Source of the DNA: Nitrospinales bacterium
GTDB taxonomy: Bacteria > Nitrospinota > Nitrospinia > Nitrospinales > VA-1
Length of the DNA stretch: 64,000 nt
Direction of reading: 5' to 3'
Assembly (NCBI GenBank): GCA_965223345.1
Contig: CBDCWG010000012.1
Location: 2,336,001-2,400,000, forward strand
The position numbers and the translations under genes are program-made. The notes under the pieces were generated by a model, which ran no database searches, had not been told where the DNA came from, and was given only the letters and a program-made list of their open reading frames with translations. How positions within the stretch are numbered: position 1 is the stretch's first letter; the number at the start of each line of letters is the position of its first letter. Shown here piece after piece: positions 20,631-31,164 of the stretch.

Positions 20631-22271
20631 TCACAGGATACAGGTTTTCGCGTTGAGTTCCTCGGTCAGGACCTTTTCGTTTTCCGAATAGTCCATCGGG
20701 ATCTCCACAACGTGCACTCCCTTGGCGTTCAGGCAGTCCCTGAGCAGGTGCGGCAGCGAGGCATTGTCTTTCAGGCGATGCCCCTTTGCGCCGTAAGATT
20801 CGGCGTACTGCACGAAATCCGGGTTGCCGTAGTCGAGGCCGAAATTGTCGAATCCCATGCCTGCCTGCTTCCACTTGATCATGCCGTAGCCGTCGTCCCT
20901 GAGGACCAGCACCACCAGGTCCAGGCCCAGCCGGACCGCGGTTTCCAGCTCCTGGGAATTCATCATGAAGCCGCCGTCGCCGCACACCGTCAGCACCTTG
21001 CGATCCGGGTGCACGATCTTCGCACCCATAGCCGAAGGCAGACCCGCGCCCATGGTCGCCAGCGCGTTGTCCAGCAGCAGCGTGTTCGTTCCGTAGGCTT
21101 TGTAGTTTCTCGCGAACCAGATTTTGTAAATGCCGTTGTCCAGGGTGACGATCCCGTTATCCGGCATCGCCTCCCGCACCTGCGAGACCAGGTGCTGCGG
21201 CACGATGGGAAAACCGTTGTCCGCGCTTTTCTCGCGGATGTGCAACTCCACTTCCTGTTTGATGCGGCCGTAGTAATCGAAGTCCCAGTGATCGGCCGGC
21301 TCCAGTCTTTCCGCCAGCGCCTCGACGCTGTCGGCGATGTCGCCCACCACCTCCAGCTGCGGGAAGTACACCGCATCGACGTGGGCGGAGAAATAGTTGA
21401 CGTGAATGACCTGCGCGCCGCCGGGCTGCATGAAAAACGGCGGCTTCTCGATGACGTCGTGGCCGACGTTGACGATGAGGTCGGCGCGGTCGATGGCGCA
21501 GTGCAGGTAATCCTTGTTGGAAAGGGCGGCGGTGCCGAGAAAGCGCGGGTGCCGCTCGTCGATCACGCCTTTGCCCATCTGCGTGTTGAAAAAATACAGG
21601 CCGTTCTTGTCGGTCAACCGGTGCAGGGCCCGGCAGGTGCGGTTGCGGTTGGCCCCCGCGCCGACCAGCACCAGCGGCCGGCTTGCGGCGCGGATCATGG
21701 CGACCGCCTGATCGAGGCTCTCGCTGTTGGGCTGCGGCCGCATCGGTTCGGTCAGCGGGTAGGGCGAGGCGTCGCACTCTTCGGCGGCGATGTCTTCGGG
21801 CAGCTCGATGTGCACCGCTCCCGGCCGTTCTTCGGTGGCCAGGCGCACCGCCTCGCGTACGACGACGGGAATGTTGTTGCCGTGCACGATCTGATGCGTG
21901 TACTTGGTGATCGGCCGCATCATCTCCACCACGTCGATGATCTGAAAGCGTCCCTGCTTGCTGGTCTTGATCGGTTTCTGGCCGGAGATCATCATGATCG
22001 GCATTGCGCCCAGCTGGGCGTAGGCCGCTGCGGTCACGAAATTGGTGGCTCCAGGCCCGAGCGTCGAGAGACAGACACCGACCTTGCCGGTCAGCCTGCC
22101 GTATGTGGCGGCCATGAATCCGGCGGCCTGTTCGTGGCGGGTGAGGATCAGTTTGATTTTGGAATTTCTGAGGGATTCGAGAAAATCGAGATTCTCCTCG
22201 CCGGGAATCCCGAAAATGGTTTCCACGCCTTCGTGTTCCAACGAGCGGATGAAAAGATCCGATGCTTTCAT
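20631..22271 (-). CDS. ThDP-dependent acetolactate-synthase-like enzyme (candidate 2-oxoglutarate decarboxylase)
   Basis: MKASDLF start at 22271; FGIPGEEN, RHEQAAGFMA, LGPGATN, GDGGFMMN..ELET. Confidence 0.85.
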   Translation of the reverse strand: MKASDLFIRSLEHEGVETIFGIPGEENLDFLESLRNSKIKLILTRHEQAAGFMAATYGRLTGKVGVCLSTLGPGATNFVTAAAYAQLGAMPIMMISGQKPIKTSKQGRFQIIDVVEMMRPITKYTHQIVHGNNIPVVVREAVRLATEERPGAVHIELPEDIAAEECDASPYPLTEPMRPQPNSESLDQAVAMIRAASRPLVLVGAGANRNRTCRALHRLTDKNGLYFFNTQMGKGVIDERHPRFLGTAALSNKDYLHCAIDRADLIVNVGHDVIEKPPFFMQPGGAQVIHVNYFSAHVDAVYFPQLEVVGDIADSVEALAERLEPADHWDFDYYGRIKQEVELHIREKSADNGFPIVPQHLVSQVREAMPDNGIVTLDNGIYKIWFARNYKAYGTNTLLLDNALATMGAGLPSAMGAKIVHPDRKVLTVCGDGGFMMNSQELETAVRLGLDLVVLVLRDDGYGMIKWKQAGMGFDNFGLDYGNPDFVQYAESYGAKGHRLKDNASLPHLLRDCLNAKGVHVVEIPMDYSENEKVLTEELNAKTCIL

Positions 22272-22580
22272 AGGGGCGGCTCCGGGGTCTGACTGAACGA
22301 GAGTGAAGTGGTATCCTTCGTGAATCTGCGGTCCCGCCGTTGTCCGCGCGGAGGCAGCAGCACCGGTTTGTCTCGCGGTTTGTTTGAAACTTACAAAATA
22401 ACGGGATTTGCCCCGGCTTTCCACAAGAATCCGCGCCGCAGCGGGCGAATTGCCGGGAAATCCACCGGAGGGTGAAAGGAAACCCCCGCATCCGCGACCC
22501 GGTGGGCAGGCATCCCAAGGCAGCCGTCCGGATCGTTGCCGATGACGCCGGGCTCATTCATCCACGACAGGAGGCACACG

Positions 22581-23930
22581 ATGACGGAATGTCCCGAACT
22601 GACGCACGACAATTTCATGCACGGCCTGAAACGCCGCAATCCGGGTGAAACGGAGTTTCACCAGGCGGTGGAAGAGGTCGCGCACTATCTCATCCCCTAC
22701 ATCCAGCGGAATTCGAAATACGAAACGGCGCACATCCTGGAACGGCTGACCGAACCGGACCGCATCGTCATCTTCCGGGTTTGCTGGCAGGACGACGCAG
22801 GCAACGTGCGCACCAACCGGGGATACCGGGTTCAGTTCAACAATTCCATCGGCCCCTACAAGGGAGGGCTGCGTTTTCATCCTTCGGTCAACCTGAGCAT
22901 TCTCAAGTTTCTTGGTTTCGAGCAGATCTTCAAAAACAGCCTGACCACGTTGCCGATGGGGGCGGGGAAGGGCGGCGCGGATTTCAACCCGAAAGGAAAA
23001 TCCGACAGCGAGATCATGCGCTTCTGCCAGGCGTTCATGATGGAGCTGACGAAACACATCGGCGAAAACATCGACATTCCCGCAGGCGACATCGGTGTGG
23101 GGGCGCGCGAGATCAGCTTCATGTTCGGCCAGTACAAGCGGCTGCGCAACGAATTCACCGGCGCGCTGACCGGCAAGGGGCTGGAGTTCGGCGGCAGCCG
23201 CATCCGCAAGGAGGCGACGGGATTCGGCTGCGCCTATTTCATGCAGGAGATGCTGAAACGCAAACAGGAATCGCTGGAGGGGAAATCCTGCGTGATTTCC
23301 GGCTCGGGCAACGTGGCCCAGTACACGGCGATCAAGCTGATGCAACTGGGCGCGAAGGTGATCTCGCTTTCCGATTCGTCGGGGTTCGTGCACGATCCGG
23401 CCGGCCTCGATGCGGAAAAGCTCGATCACGTCATCGAGCTCAAAACCGTGCGGCGCGGCCGCATCTCGGAGTTCGCAGAAAAATTCGGCTTGAACTATCA
23501 CGAGGGCAAGCGGCCGTGGGACCTTGAGTGCGACCTGGCGTTTCCCTGCGCCACGCAGAACGAGCTGGAGGAAAACGACGCGAAAGCGCTGGTGAAAAAC
23601 GGCTGCCAGGCGGTCGCGGAAGGGGCGAACATGCCGGCGACGCGCGCTGCGATCCAGCGCTTTCACGAAGCCGGCGTTACCTTCGCGCCGGGCAAGGCGT
23701 CCAACGCCGGCGGCGTGGCCGTGTCGGGCCTGGAGATGACGCAGAACAGCATCCGCATGGCCTGGTCGCATGACGAGCTGGAAGCGCATCTGCAAAGCAT
23801 CATGGCCAGAATACACAGCCAGTGCGTCGAGCACGGGCAGCAGGGCAAGGACCTGGATTACGTGCGCGGCGCCAATGTCGCGGGGTTCGTGAAAGTGGCC
23901 GACGCCATGCTGGCGTATGGGGTGATCTGA
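22581..23930 (+). CDS. gdhA: NADP-specific glutamate dehydrogenase
   Basis: GPYKGGLRFHPSVN, MGAGKGG, DIPAGDIGVG, GSGNVAQ, EGANMP; ATG at 22581 after AGGAGG. Confidence 0.95.
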   Translation: MTECPELTHDNFMHGLKRRNPGETEFHQAVEEVAHYLIPYIQRNSKYETAHILERLTEPDRIVIFRVCWQDDAGNVRTNRGYRVQFNNSIGPYKGGLRFHPSVNLSILKFLGFEQIFKNSLTTLPMGAGKGGADFNPKGKSDSEIMRFCQAFMMELTKHIGENIDIPAGDIGVGAREISFMFGQYKRLRNEFTGALTGKGLEFGGSRIRKEATGFGCAYFMQEMLKRKQESLEGKSCVISGSGNVAQYTAIKLMQLGAKVISLSDSSGFVHDPAGLDAEKLDHVIELKTVRRGRISEFAEKFGLNYHEGKRPWDLECDLAFPCATQNELEENDAKALVKNGCQAVAEGANMPATRAAIQRFHEAGVTFAPGKASNAGGVAVSGLEMTQNSIRMAWSHDELEAHLQSIMARIHSQCVEHGQQGKDLDYVRGANVAGFVKVADAMLAYGVI

Positions 23931-24260
23931 CGGCGACAACGCCGTGCTCCGCCCGGGTTGCGGGCAAAAGCCTTGTATTCCGCCCGGCAAATCAAAAAAA
24001 CGGCAGCAGGCGGTTTTTCAATCGATTTGAAGGCTTGAAAATCGGAGCGATTGACGGGACAATGGATGTCGGTCCTACAGTGCCGATTTTAAAGAAGAAT
24101 GTCAAAATTCCGCATGCACTTCCCGTCATCCAGGACTCGACCATCGCTTGCACATCGCCTGTAAGGTATTCGGGCTTCTGAGGACCTAACTCAAACGTTT
24201 TTTGGGGACCCTGGGTTACGATATAAAGTTGGACAGCTTTTTCATCCGAGGAGTTTGAAA

Positions 24261-25418
24261 ATGAAAAAACGATTAGCAGGGTATGCGGCTGCTTTCGCTT
24301 CTCTCGCACTGGTGCTGGCTCTGGGGGTCTCGGCTTTATCCGCTTCCGGCCCCGAGTCCGGAGAGAAAAGCGTGCAGGACACACAGAAAATGGAAGCCGG
24401 GGGAGTCGCCACCTTTGCGGGCGGCTGTTTCTGGTGCATGGAGCCGCCGTTTGAAAAGCTCACAGGCGTGCACAGCGTGGTCTCCGGGTACACCGGCGGG
24501 CACAAGAAAAACCCGACCTACAAGGAAGTGACCTACGGGGACACCGGGCACGTGGAAGCGGTGCAGATCCATTACGATCCCGAAAAGATCACCTACGAGC
24601 AGCTTCTGGAGGTGTTCTGGAGAAACGTCAACCCGACCGATGCGGGCGGCCAGTTTGTGGACCGCGGTTCCTCGTACGTGACCGGCATTTTCTATCACGA
24701 CGAGGCGCAGAAAAACGCGGCCTTGAAGTCGAAAAAAGCTCTGGATCAGAGCGGACGCTACGACAAAAAGATCGTGACGCCCGTGACCGCCGCCGGGGAG
24801 TTTTACCGGGCGGAGGAATACCATCAGGACTACTACAAGAAAAACCCGTTCCGCTATAAATTCTACCGGTCGCGCTCGGGAAGGGACCAGTTCATCGAGC
24901 GGATCTGGGCCAAGGAACGCGACGAGGCGCTCATGAACACTTCAAAGCATGGCAAGGGAGGTCCTTACAGCAAACCGAGCGACGAGGAGCTCAAAAAGCG
25001 GCTGACCCCGATGCAGTACAAAGTGACACAGAAGGACGGTACCGAGCCGCCTTTCAAGAACGCATACTGGGACAACAAGAAGGACGGGATCTATGTGGAC
25101 ATCGTTTCGGGCGAGCCGCTGTTCAGCTCGCGCGACAAATTCGATTCCAAAACCGGCTGGCCTTCTTTCACCCGGCCGCTGGATCCGGACAACATCGTGA
25201 CCAAGACCGACACCAGCTTTTTCATGGTGCGGACGGAAGTGCGCTCCAAGAACGGCGATTCGCATCTGGGGCATGTGTTCGACGACGGTCCCAAGCCCAC
25301 GGGCAAGCGCTACTGCATCAACTCGGCTTCCCTGCGGTTCGTTCCGGTCGAGAAGCTGGAAGAAGAGGGATACGGGGATTACAAGGACCTGTTCAAGCGG
25401 GGGGCGAAGGCTTCCTGA
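24261..25418 (+). CDS. msrAB: Exported bifunctional peptide-methionine sulfoxide reductase MsrA/MsrB
   Basis: Signal peptide; [32 protein letters not shown]. Confidence 0.93.
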   Translation: MKKRLAGYAAAFASLALVLALGVSALSASGPESGEKSVQDTQKMEAGGVATFAGGCFWCMEPPFEKLTGVHSVVSGYTGGHKKNPTYKEVTYGDTGHVEAVQIHYDPEKITYEQLLEVFWRNVNPTDAGGQFVDRGSSYVTGIFYHDEAQKNAALKSKKALDQSGRYDKKIVTPVTAAGEFYRAEEYHQDYYKKNPFRYKFYRSRSGRDQFIERIWAKERDEALMNTSKHGKGGPYSKPSDEELKKRLTPMQYKVTQKDGTEPPFKNAYWDNKKDGIYVDIVSGEPLFSSRDKFDSKTGWPSFTRPLDPDNIVTKTDTSFFMVRTEVRSKNGDSHLGHVFDDGPKPTGKRYCINSASLRFVPVEKLEEEGYGDYKDLFKRGAKAS

Positions 25419-25478
25419 CTTTTAGCGCTTGAGGTAGTGTGTTTTTGCTGAACGAGTGGTGTCGTTTGCGGCAAAGAC

Positions 25479-25525
25479 AAAAAAATACCGGGGATGGAAT
25501 CTTGCGATTCCTCCCCGGTTTTTTT
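25479..25525. terminator. Bidirectional intrinsic terminator
   Basis: A-tract, ACCGGGGATGGAATC-TTGC-GATTCCTCCCCGGT stem (one bulge), T-tract, between convergent genes. Confidence 0.8.
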
Positions 25526-25542
25526 GTATCCGGATGCGGGGC

Positions 25543-26310
25543 CTACAGCGTCGGTTCGGCGCAGATGACGTACACTTTCATGTTCGCCACTTTTGCGGAC
25601 GTTTTGTTGACCAGGGTGGTTTCCCAGGTGTTGACGCTGGAAGGGTAGTTGGTTTCGCTGAAGCACTGATCGCAGCCTGCGGCGGTGAAGCCGCCACCCA
25701 ACAGGATCTTGCCGGTGGAGCAGCTCATGAAGGCGGTTTTCCTCTGTCCGGCGGGCACCTTGTAGGTTTTGCTTTCCAGCCGTTCCCATCCGGCCACGCC
25801 GTTGATCGCCGACGTGGAGACGGACTGGGTTTTGCCCGGAGGGCCTGGAGGACCCGGAGGGCCTTGCGGACCCATCGGACCCGGTTTGCCGGGATCGCCT
25901 TTGGCGCCTTTCGGCCCGCGGGGACCCATCACGCCGTTTTCACCGGCCTGAGCTTGCTGTAACGCAGGGATCTGGCCCTCGGCCACCATCTGCTGCACCA
26001 CGGCGGCGACGGCCTCAGAATCCACGGCTGCGGGCGCTGGCGCGGACTGTGCCGTCCTGACCTGGCCCTGGACCTTGTCCTGGATCTTGGCGTCCACGGT
26101 GGACATCATGTAGACCAGGGAAATGGCCGCACCGACAGCCACGCTGGCCGCGATGCTGATCATGTTGACGACCGGAGAGCTTTTTTTCTCCAGCGTCACA
26201 GGCGATCCCGGAACTTTTCCGGTGTCCACGCCGGGGATCGTCTTGTCCTTGATCGGCTCAACGGGATACTTTTTGGTGGGCACCCACCTTTCCTTTACCG
26301 GTTTTTCCAT
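25543..26310 (-). CDS. Membrane-anchored collagen-like protein with Cys-containing C-terminal domain
   Basis: One TM helix, 13 Gly-X-Y triplets, then [12 protein letters not shown]...VYVIC; likely ATG at 26310. Confidence 0.75.
   Translation of the reverse strand: MEKPVKERWVPTKKYPVEPIKDKTIPGVDTGKVPGSPVTLEKKSSPVVNMISIAASVAVGAAISLVYMMSTVDAKIQDKVQGQVRTAQSAPAPAAVDSEAVAAVVQQMVAEGQIPALQQAQAGENGVMGPRGPKGAKGDPGKPGPMGPQGPPGPPGPPGKTQSVSTSAINGVAGWERLESKTYKVPAGQRKTAFMSCSTGKILLGGGFTAAGCDQCFSETNYPSSVNTWETTLVNKTSAKVANMKVYVICAEPTL
25828..25944 (-). repeat. Collagen (Gly-X-Y)13 coding repeat
   Basis: [39 protein letters not shown]. Confidence 0.9.
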
Positions 26311-26365
26311 CTCGGCACATCCCTTAAAAAGCAATTAATAATAGAATCTCAAAATTACCCTCGAA

Positions 26366-27502
26366 TCAGTTTCCCGCTTTCTTCATGGGAAACGAAACGA
26401 TCATGCCGCCCATCAGGTCGTCCAGCTGAAAATCCTTTTTCGGACTTTTCGGATGGTCGTTGTGGCACTGCACACAGGTCTTGTTGACCGCAAAATCCGG
26501 ATACACCGCCTGAAAGTAGGTGGCGCGCCCGCGTTTCATTTTTCCCATATAGGGCCGCAGCGGGTTGACTTCCACCGACACCAGGGCCTTGCGTTCGAAC
26601 TCGTTGGCGGCGCTGTTGTTGAAGTTGATCGGCCACAGGCTGATCAACCGGAAGTTCAGACCCAGCTTGTTCTTGCGGGCCAGCCGGCTGGTGTTGAGCA
26701 GGTACTGGGCCGGCAGCGGCAGCGCGTTGTCGTCCACCCAGGATTCCTTGGCGGCGATGATGTTGTTGGCTTTCATGCGTTTTACGACGTATTCGGTGTA
26801 GACGTAGCGGTCGGATTCGAGGATTGCGTGGACGTAGTCGGATACGATCTGCGGCGGAACGTTGAAGACGTCGTTGTTGCCGGCAACGCCTTTCTCACTC
26901 AGAGGAACGTTGAGAAGGGGGATGTTGATCAGGACGCCGCCCATGACATCGCCTTCCTCATAGTCGGTTTTGGGCGATTTGGGGTGGTTGTTGTGACAGG
27001 TGATGCAGGACTCCGCGTTGGCGAGGTCCGGGTAAATGGCCTGAAAGTTCCAGTTCCCCTCTTTTTTCACCACCCAGGTGAACGGCGTTTTCGATCCCTT
27101 CCTCAAACTGCGCAGCCCCAGCGTTTCCAGATCCGATCCCGGTTTGTTTTCCGGGTTGATCGGGTTGAGCCCCAGCAGCCTGATTTTCAGACCGATTCCG
27201 GCTTCGTTGGACTGCTTTGCGGAAAGCTTCAGAAACTGCGCCGGCAGCGGCAGCGTGTTTTCCGCTTTCCAGTTCTCCGTGGCTTTCAGGGAAATCTTCT
27301 TGTTGAGACGCCCGACGATTTCCTGGGCGTAGAACTGACGGCTGGCTTCGATGATGGAGTGGATGTAATCGGTTGCCAGTTTCGCGGGAATGCCGTCCTG
27401 ATCCTGAGCGGCCACCGGAAGGACCGAAAAGCCAAAAAGACAGACTGCCAAAAGTCCGGACCACATTGGTTTGTTCGTAGGCCTGTTCATAGTACCTCGC
27501 AT
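26366..27502 (-). CDS. Exported dihaem c-type protein with tandem DUF3365 (Tll0287-like) domains
   Basis: Signal peptide; internal duplication (LPLPAQ, PIN, FQAxYPD) with CITCH and CVQCH haem motifs. Confidence 0.85.
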   Translation of the reverse strand: MRGTMNRPTNKPMWSGLLAVCLFGFSVLPVAAQDQDGIPAKLATDYIHSIIEASRQFYAQEIVGRLNKKISLKATENWKAENTLPLPAQFLKLSAKQSNEAGIGLKIRLLGLNPINPENKPGSDLETLGLRSLRKGSKTPFTWVVKKEGNWNFQAIYPDLANAESCITCHNNHPKSPKTDYEEGDVMGGVLINIPLLNVPLSEKGVAGNNDVFNVPPQIVSDYVHAILESDRYVYTEYVVKRMKANNIIAAKESWVDDNALPLPAQYLLNTSRLARKNKLGLNFRLISLWPINFNNSAANEFERKALVSVEVNPLRPYMGKMKRGRATYFQAVYPDFAVNKTCVQCHNDHPKSPKKDFQLDDLMGGMIVSFPMKKAGN

Positions 27503-27681
27503 GCTTTGGCGGTTTAGGGTTGATATGCGTTCTTTCTGGTTTCTGCTATCGGACTCTCAAAGCACAGTCCGCAAACGGGTCCCAGGGGTCCCCGCAGGGT
27601 TCCGGCAGAGGAGCGCTGGCCCAGTGTTAACAGCCCGGATCGGGTAACTATTTGATAAATGGAACCGTTAATGATTTTTGA

Positions 27682-27698
27682 AGCAAACCTTATGCCAA
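27682..27698 (-). promoter_or_regulatory. Sigma54 (-24/-12) promoter upstream of the DUF3365 gene
   Basis: Minus strand TTGGCAT-AAGGT-TTGCT, near-perfect consensus with correct spacing, about 180 bp upstream of the start. Confidence 0.7.
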
Positions 27699-28170
27699 AC
27701 CGGGGCCATTGCAAAACCGGCTGTTAGCGGCTTGTGGCGGAGGATGATGCGATAAAAAATTATGAAAAATCAGACACTGCCACAAATGGGGAAAAATGCC
27801 TGCCGGGGAGGGCCCGTTTGCGGCCCTCAGGGGGGCTGCAAACAGGCTGGGCGGGGCGCAAAAACCGCGCGATTTTCTGCAAGTCGCTGCCGCAGTGAGA
27901 GAGGCTGAAAAACGGTCTTTTAGTGGAAGGCGACGGCGGTGTGATTTTTCGTGAAAGAATATTGGGTGGAGCGCGACAATGAGATATCTTTTGAAAAGGG
28001 GAACGTTAGGAAAATACTTTTTGTCCGCGTTGCCCGCGCGGCATAAAATATGGGTGCCATCTGCTGGCCGGACAGGTTCGTCCCGCACGCGATTCGCGTT
28101 CACAGCGCAGCGGCGGGACGTTCAGGAAGAGGGAGCGAGCGTCTTAATTTCATCTCAAAAGGAGCCGCAC

Positions 28171-28710
28171 ATGAAACCTGATTTTCAAACCCGTGTCGTG
28201 GTGTGGGCGGGGGCGTTGATGCTTGCGGGGATGCTGACTTCCGGGTGCACGCCCAGCATCAAGTTCACCAAACCCCCGGTCGAGGTGACGCAAGCCGGCG
28301 ATCCGATCCCTCCGAAGGTCCAGTCCCCTGTGGAGATCTGCATGGACGTGAAAGGCTATATCCTGCGGCCTGCGGAATTCGACGTGCTGGAAAAGCCCAA
28401 GAAAGAGGCGAAAAACACCAGCCTGGATGTTTCGGCCGATGACGGCTACGGCGGCGAGTTTCGCAAGAACCTGGTGGACCCCAGTTCCGGCCACTACCAT
28501 TTGCTGATCGATGTGCCGCTGGCCGCCGGGGAGGAAGTCAACCTGCACCGGAAAAAAGACAAAAACCACATCCCGATGGTGGACGGGTCGCGCTGCAAGA
28601 CCCTCTACCTGGAGCCCGGCATGCACCGGATCCGCGCCGTGTTCGCGCACGGCAACCATGTGCCCGTCGCGCCTCTGCTCACCAACACGCTGACTGTGAT
28701 AGTCGAATGA
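28171..28710 (+). CDS. DUF4399-like lipoprotein
   Basis: AAGGAG SD then ATG at 28171; lipobox LTSGC; GHYHLLID and LEPGMH...HGNHVP. Confidence 0.75.
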   Translation: MKPDFQTRVVVWAGALMLAGMLTSGCTPSIKFTKPPVEVTQAGDPIPPKVQSPVEICMDVKGYILRPAEFDVLEKPKKEAKNTSLDVSADDGYGGEFRKNLVDPSSGHYHLLIDVPLAAGEEVNLHRKKDKNHIPMVDGSRCKTLYLEPGMHRIRAVFAHGNHVPVAPLLTNTLTVIVE

Positions 28711-28878
28711 CGCCTGCGCGGTTCCTCGCCGGAGGGGCAGTTTGCTCACGCAGCGCAGTGTTTCCAGATTGAGGTTCGGTGTTGTTTGCCGCACCACTCT
28801 TGTGCGGGGAGGGGCGACCTGGATGACAATTCTACATTTTCTGAGGGAGTCCCGCATGTTGTCCGCTGTCGATTCGCC

Positions 28879-29121
28879 ATGAAACCGCTGAACGGCTGGG
28901 CCCGGCTGGCGATCGTCACCGCGGCGGCGGGGGGCCTGGCTCTGGTCCTGCCGCTGCTTAAAATCCGCCACTTCACACCCTTCAACTCCGGCGTGTCCAT
29001 TGTGATCGGCCTTCTCGCCCTGGGATGGCTTGGGTACAGCGTCGTTGCGTGGGTCGCGGCGGGATTCCGCGACAAGTCAGGAACGTCCCCGCCGCAGGAC
29101 GGCTGGGACGGCCCGGCCTGA
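28879..29121 (+). CDS. Small hypothetical membrane protein
   Basis: Two hydrophobic helices from MKPLNGWARL; fills the gap before convergent typA. Confidence 0.55.
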   Translation: MKPLNGWARLAIVTAAAGGLALVLPLLKIRHFTPFNSGVSIVIGLLALGWLGYSVVAWVAAGFRDKSGTSPPQDGWDGPA

Positions 29122-29125
29122 GGGA

Positions 29126-30949
29126 TCAGGCGACGTTCTGGGTCTTGGCGCTGCGTTTGCGCTCGTTTTCGTCGAGGAATTTTTTGCGCAGGCGGAACGC
29201 GGAGGGCGTGATCTCGGCCAGCTCGTCGTCGTTCAGGTAACCGAGAATCTGCTCCAGGCTCATTTTGCGCGGCGGCGCGAGCTGGACGGTGTCGTCGGAA
29301 CCGGCGGCGCGCATGTTGGTGAGCTTTTTCTCCTTGCAGATGTTGACCACCAGATCGCTGTCCTTGTTGTTCTCGCCCACGATCATGCCGGTGTACACTT
29401 CCTGCCCCGGCCCCAGAAACAGGGTGCCCCGTTCCTGCAGGTTGTTCAGGGAGTAGGTGGTGGTGACGCCGTTTTCCAGCGCGATCAGCACGCCGTTGTG
29501 GCGGCCGGCCAGCGGCCCGCAATGCGGGATGTAGTTGTGGAAGCTGTGGTTCAGGATGCCGGTGCCGCGGGTCAGGGTCAACAGCTGCGAGCGGAACCCG
29601 AACAGCCCGCGCGTCGGGATCACGAATTCCAGGCGCACGGAACCGGGCGCGGTGTGCAGCATGTTTTTCATGGACGCCTTGCGCTGGCCCATCGCTTCCA
29701 TCACCGGGCCCATGTGCTCTTCCTCGACGTCGATGATGACGAACTCCTCCGGCTCCATCGTCTTGCCGTCGATTTTTTTCAGCACCACTTCCGGCCGTGA
29801 AATGGCGAACTCGTAATTCTCCCGCCGCATGGTTTCGATGAGGATGGTCAGATGCAGCTCGCCGCGGCCGGACACGCGGAACACGTCGTTGGCGTCGGTC
29901 TCCTCGACCCGGAGTGCGACGTTCTGCTTGATCTCCTTGAACAGCCGGTCGCGCAGCTGCCGCGAGGTGACGAACTTTCCCTCCCGTCCCGCGAAGGGCG
30001 AATCGTTGACACAGAAATGGATCGAAAGCGTCGGTTCGTCGATCTCGATCACCGGCAGGGCCTCGGGAAAGTCGCGGTCGGCGATGGTCTCGCCGATGTC
30101 CACTTCCTTCATGCCGGCGATGCCGATGATGTCGCCGGTGGGCGCGGCCTCCGCCTCGACGCGGCCCAGTCCCTGAAAGGAAAACAGCTTGGAGACCTTG
30201 AACTCCTGCATGTCGCCGGAGCGCTTGATGAGGGTGTAGGGTTTTTTCGCATCGAAGCTGCCGCGCTGAATCTTGCCGATGGCGATGCGGCCGACATAGT
30301 CGTCGTAGTCGATGGAGGAGACCAGCATCTGAAAGCCGCCCTCCGGTTCGCCGTCGTGCGGTTGGACTTTTTCGACGATGAGATCGAGAAGCGGCTGCAT
30401 GTCGCGGTTCTCCCCGTCCGGTTCCAGCCGGCAGAATCCCTGCTTGGCGGAGGTGTAGATGGTGGGGAAATCCAGCTGCTCGTCGCTGGCGCCCAGGTTG
30501 GCGAACAGGTCGAACACGGTGTCGAGGGCTTTTCCCGGATCGGCGCCGGCGCGGTCGATCTTGTTGATCACGACGATGGGTTTGAGTCCCAGGTCGAGGG
30601 ATTTTTTCAGGACGAAGCGGGTCTGCGGCATCGGGCCTTCGGCGGCATCGACCAGGAGCAGGACGCCGTTGACCATTTTTAGAATGCGCTCCACTTCGCC
30701 GCCGAAATCGGCGTGACCGGGCGTGTCCACGATGTTGATCTTGTATTTGCCATACTGGATGGACGCGTTCTTGGAAAAGATGGTGATGCCGCGCTCTTTT
30801 TCCAGTTCGTTGCTGTCCATGATGCAGGTGCCGGCCAGCTCGTTGGCGCGAAACAGGCCGCTCTGCTTGAGCAGACAATCGACGAGCGTGGTCTTGCCGT
30901 GATCGACGTGCGCGATGATACCGATGTTGCGAATGTGGTCTTGATTCAT
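29126..30949 (-). CDS. typA: Translational GTPase TypA/BipA
   Basis: [53 protein letters not shown]; true start 30949. Confidence 0.97.
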   Translation of the reverse strand: MNQDHIRNIGIIAHVDHGKTTLVDCLLKQSGLFRANELAGTCIMDSNELEKERGITIFSKNASIQYGKYKINIVDTPGHADFGGEVERILKMVNGVLLLVDAAEGPMPQTRFVLKKSLDLGLKPIVVINKIDRAGADPGKALDTVFDLFANLGASDEQLDFPTIYTSAKQGFCRLEPDGENRDMQPLLDLIVEKVQPHDGEPEGGFQMLVSSIDYDDYVGRIAIGKIQRGSFDAKKPYTLIKRSGDMQEFKVSKLFSFQGLGRVEAEAAPTGDIIGIAGMKEVDIGETIADRDFPEALPVIEIDEPTLSIHFCVNDSPFAGREGKFVTSRQLRDRLFKEIKQNVALRVEETDANDVFRVSGRGELHLTILIETMRRENYEFAISRPEVVLKKIDGKTMEPEEFVIIDVEEEHMGPVMEAMGQRKASMKNMLHTAPGSVRLEFVIPTRGLFGFRSQLLTLTRGTGILNHSFHNYIPHCGPLAGRHNGVLIALENGVTTTYSLNNLQERGTLFLGPGQEVYTGMIVGENNKDSDLVVNICKEKKLTNMRAAGSDDTVQLAPPRKMSLEQILGYLNDDELAEITPSAFRLRKKFLDENERKRSAKTQNVA

Positions 30950-31164
30950 GAGTTTTGAGTCGGTTGAAAGCCGGATTGGCCGGGAGTGGGGTCTCCAGGG
31001 ACGCTTTAGAACAAAGCACACCATTTTATAGCCTGCCGCGGGAAAAGCCAATAAAAAACCGGGCTGCCCGCTGGCTGGGCTGGGTGGGGCGGGGGAACCG
31101 GGACGCGCACGGGAAACACTCTGGGAAACCGCGCTCCGGGGCACGGAGGCGGGACGGTGGCCTG

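Noticed and set aside
22440..22560. ZTP, c-di-GMP or glutamine riboswitch
   Set aside because: Partial resemblance only (GGGAAATCCACCGG, ATCGTTG); the conserved cores and pairings are missing
22554..23990. 478-aa ORF antisense to gdhA, and similar long antisense ORFs (17810-19081, 20553-22292, 54230-55432, 60528-62078, 61957-63384)
   Set aside because: Codon-register shadows of GC-rich genes on the other strand; no independent motifs
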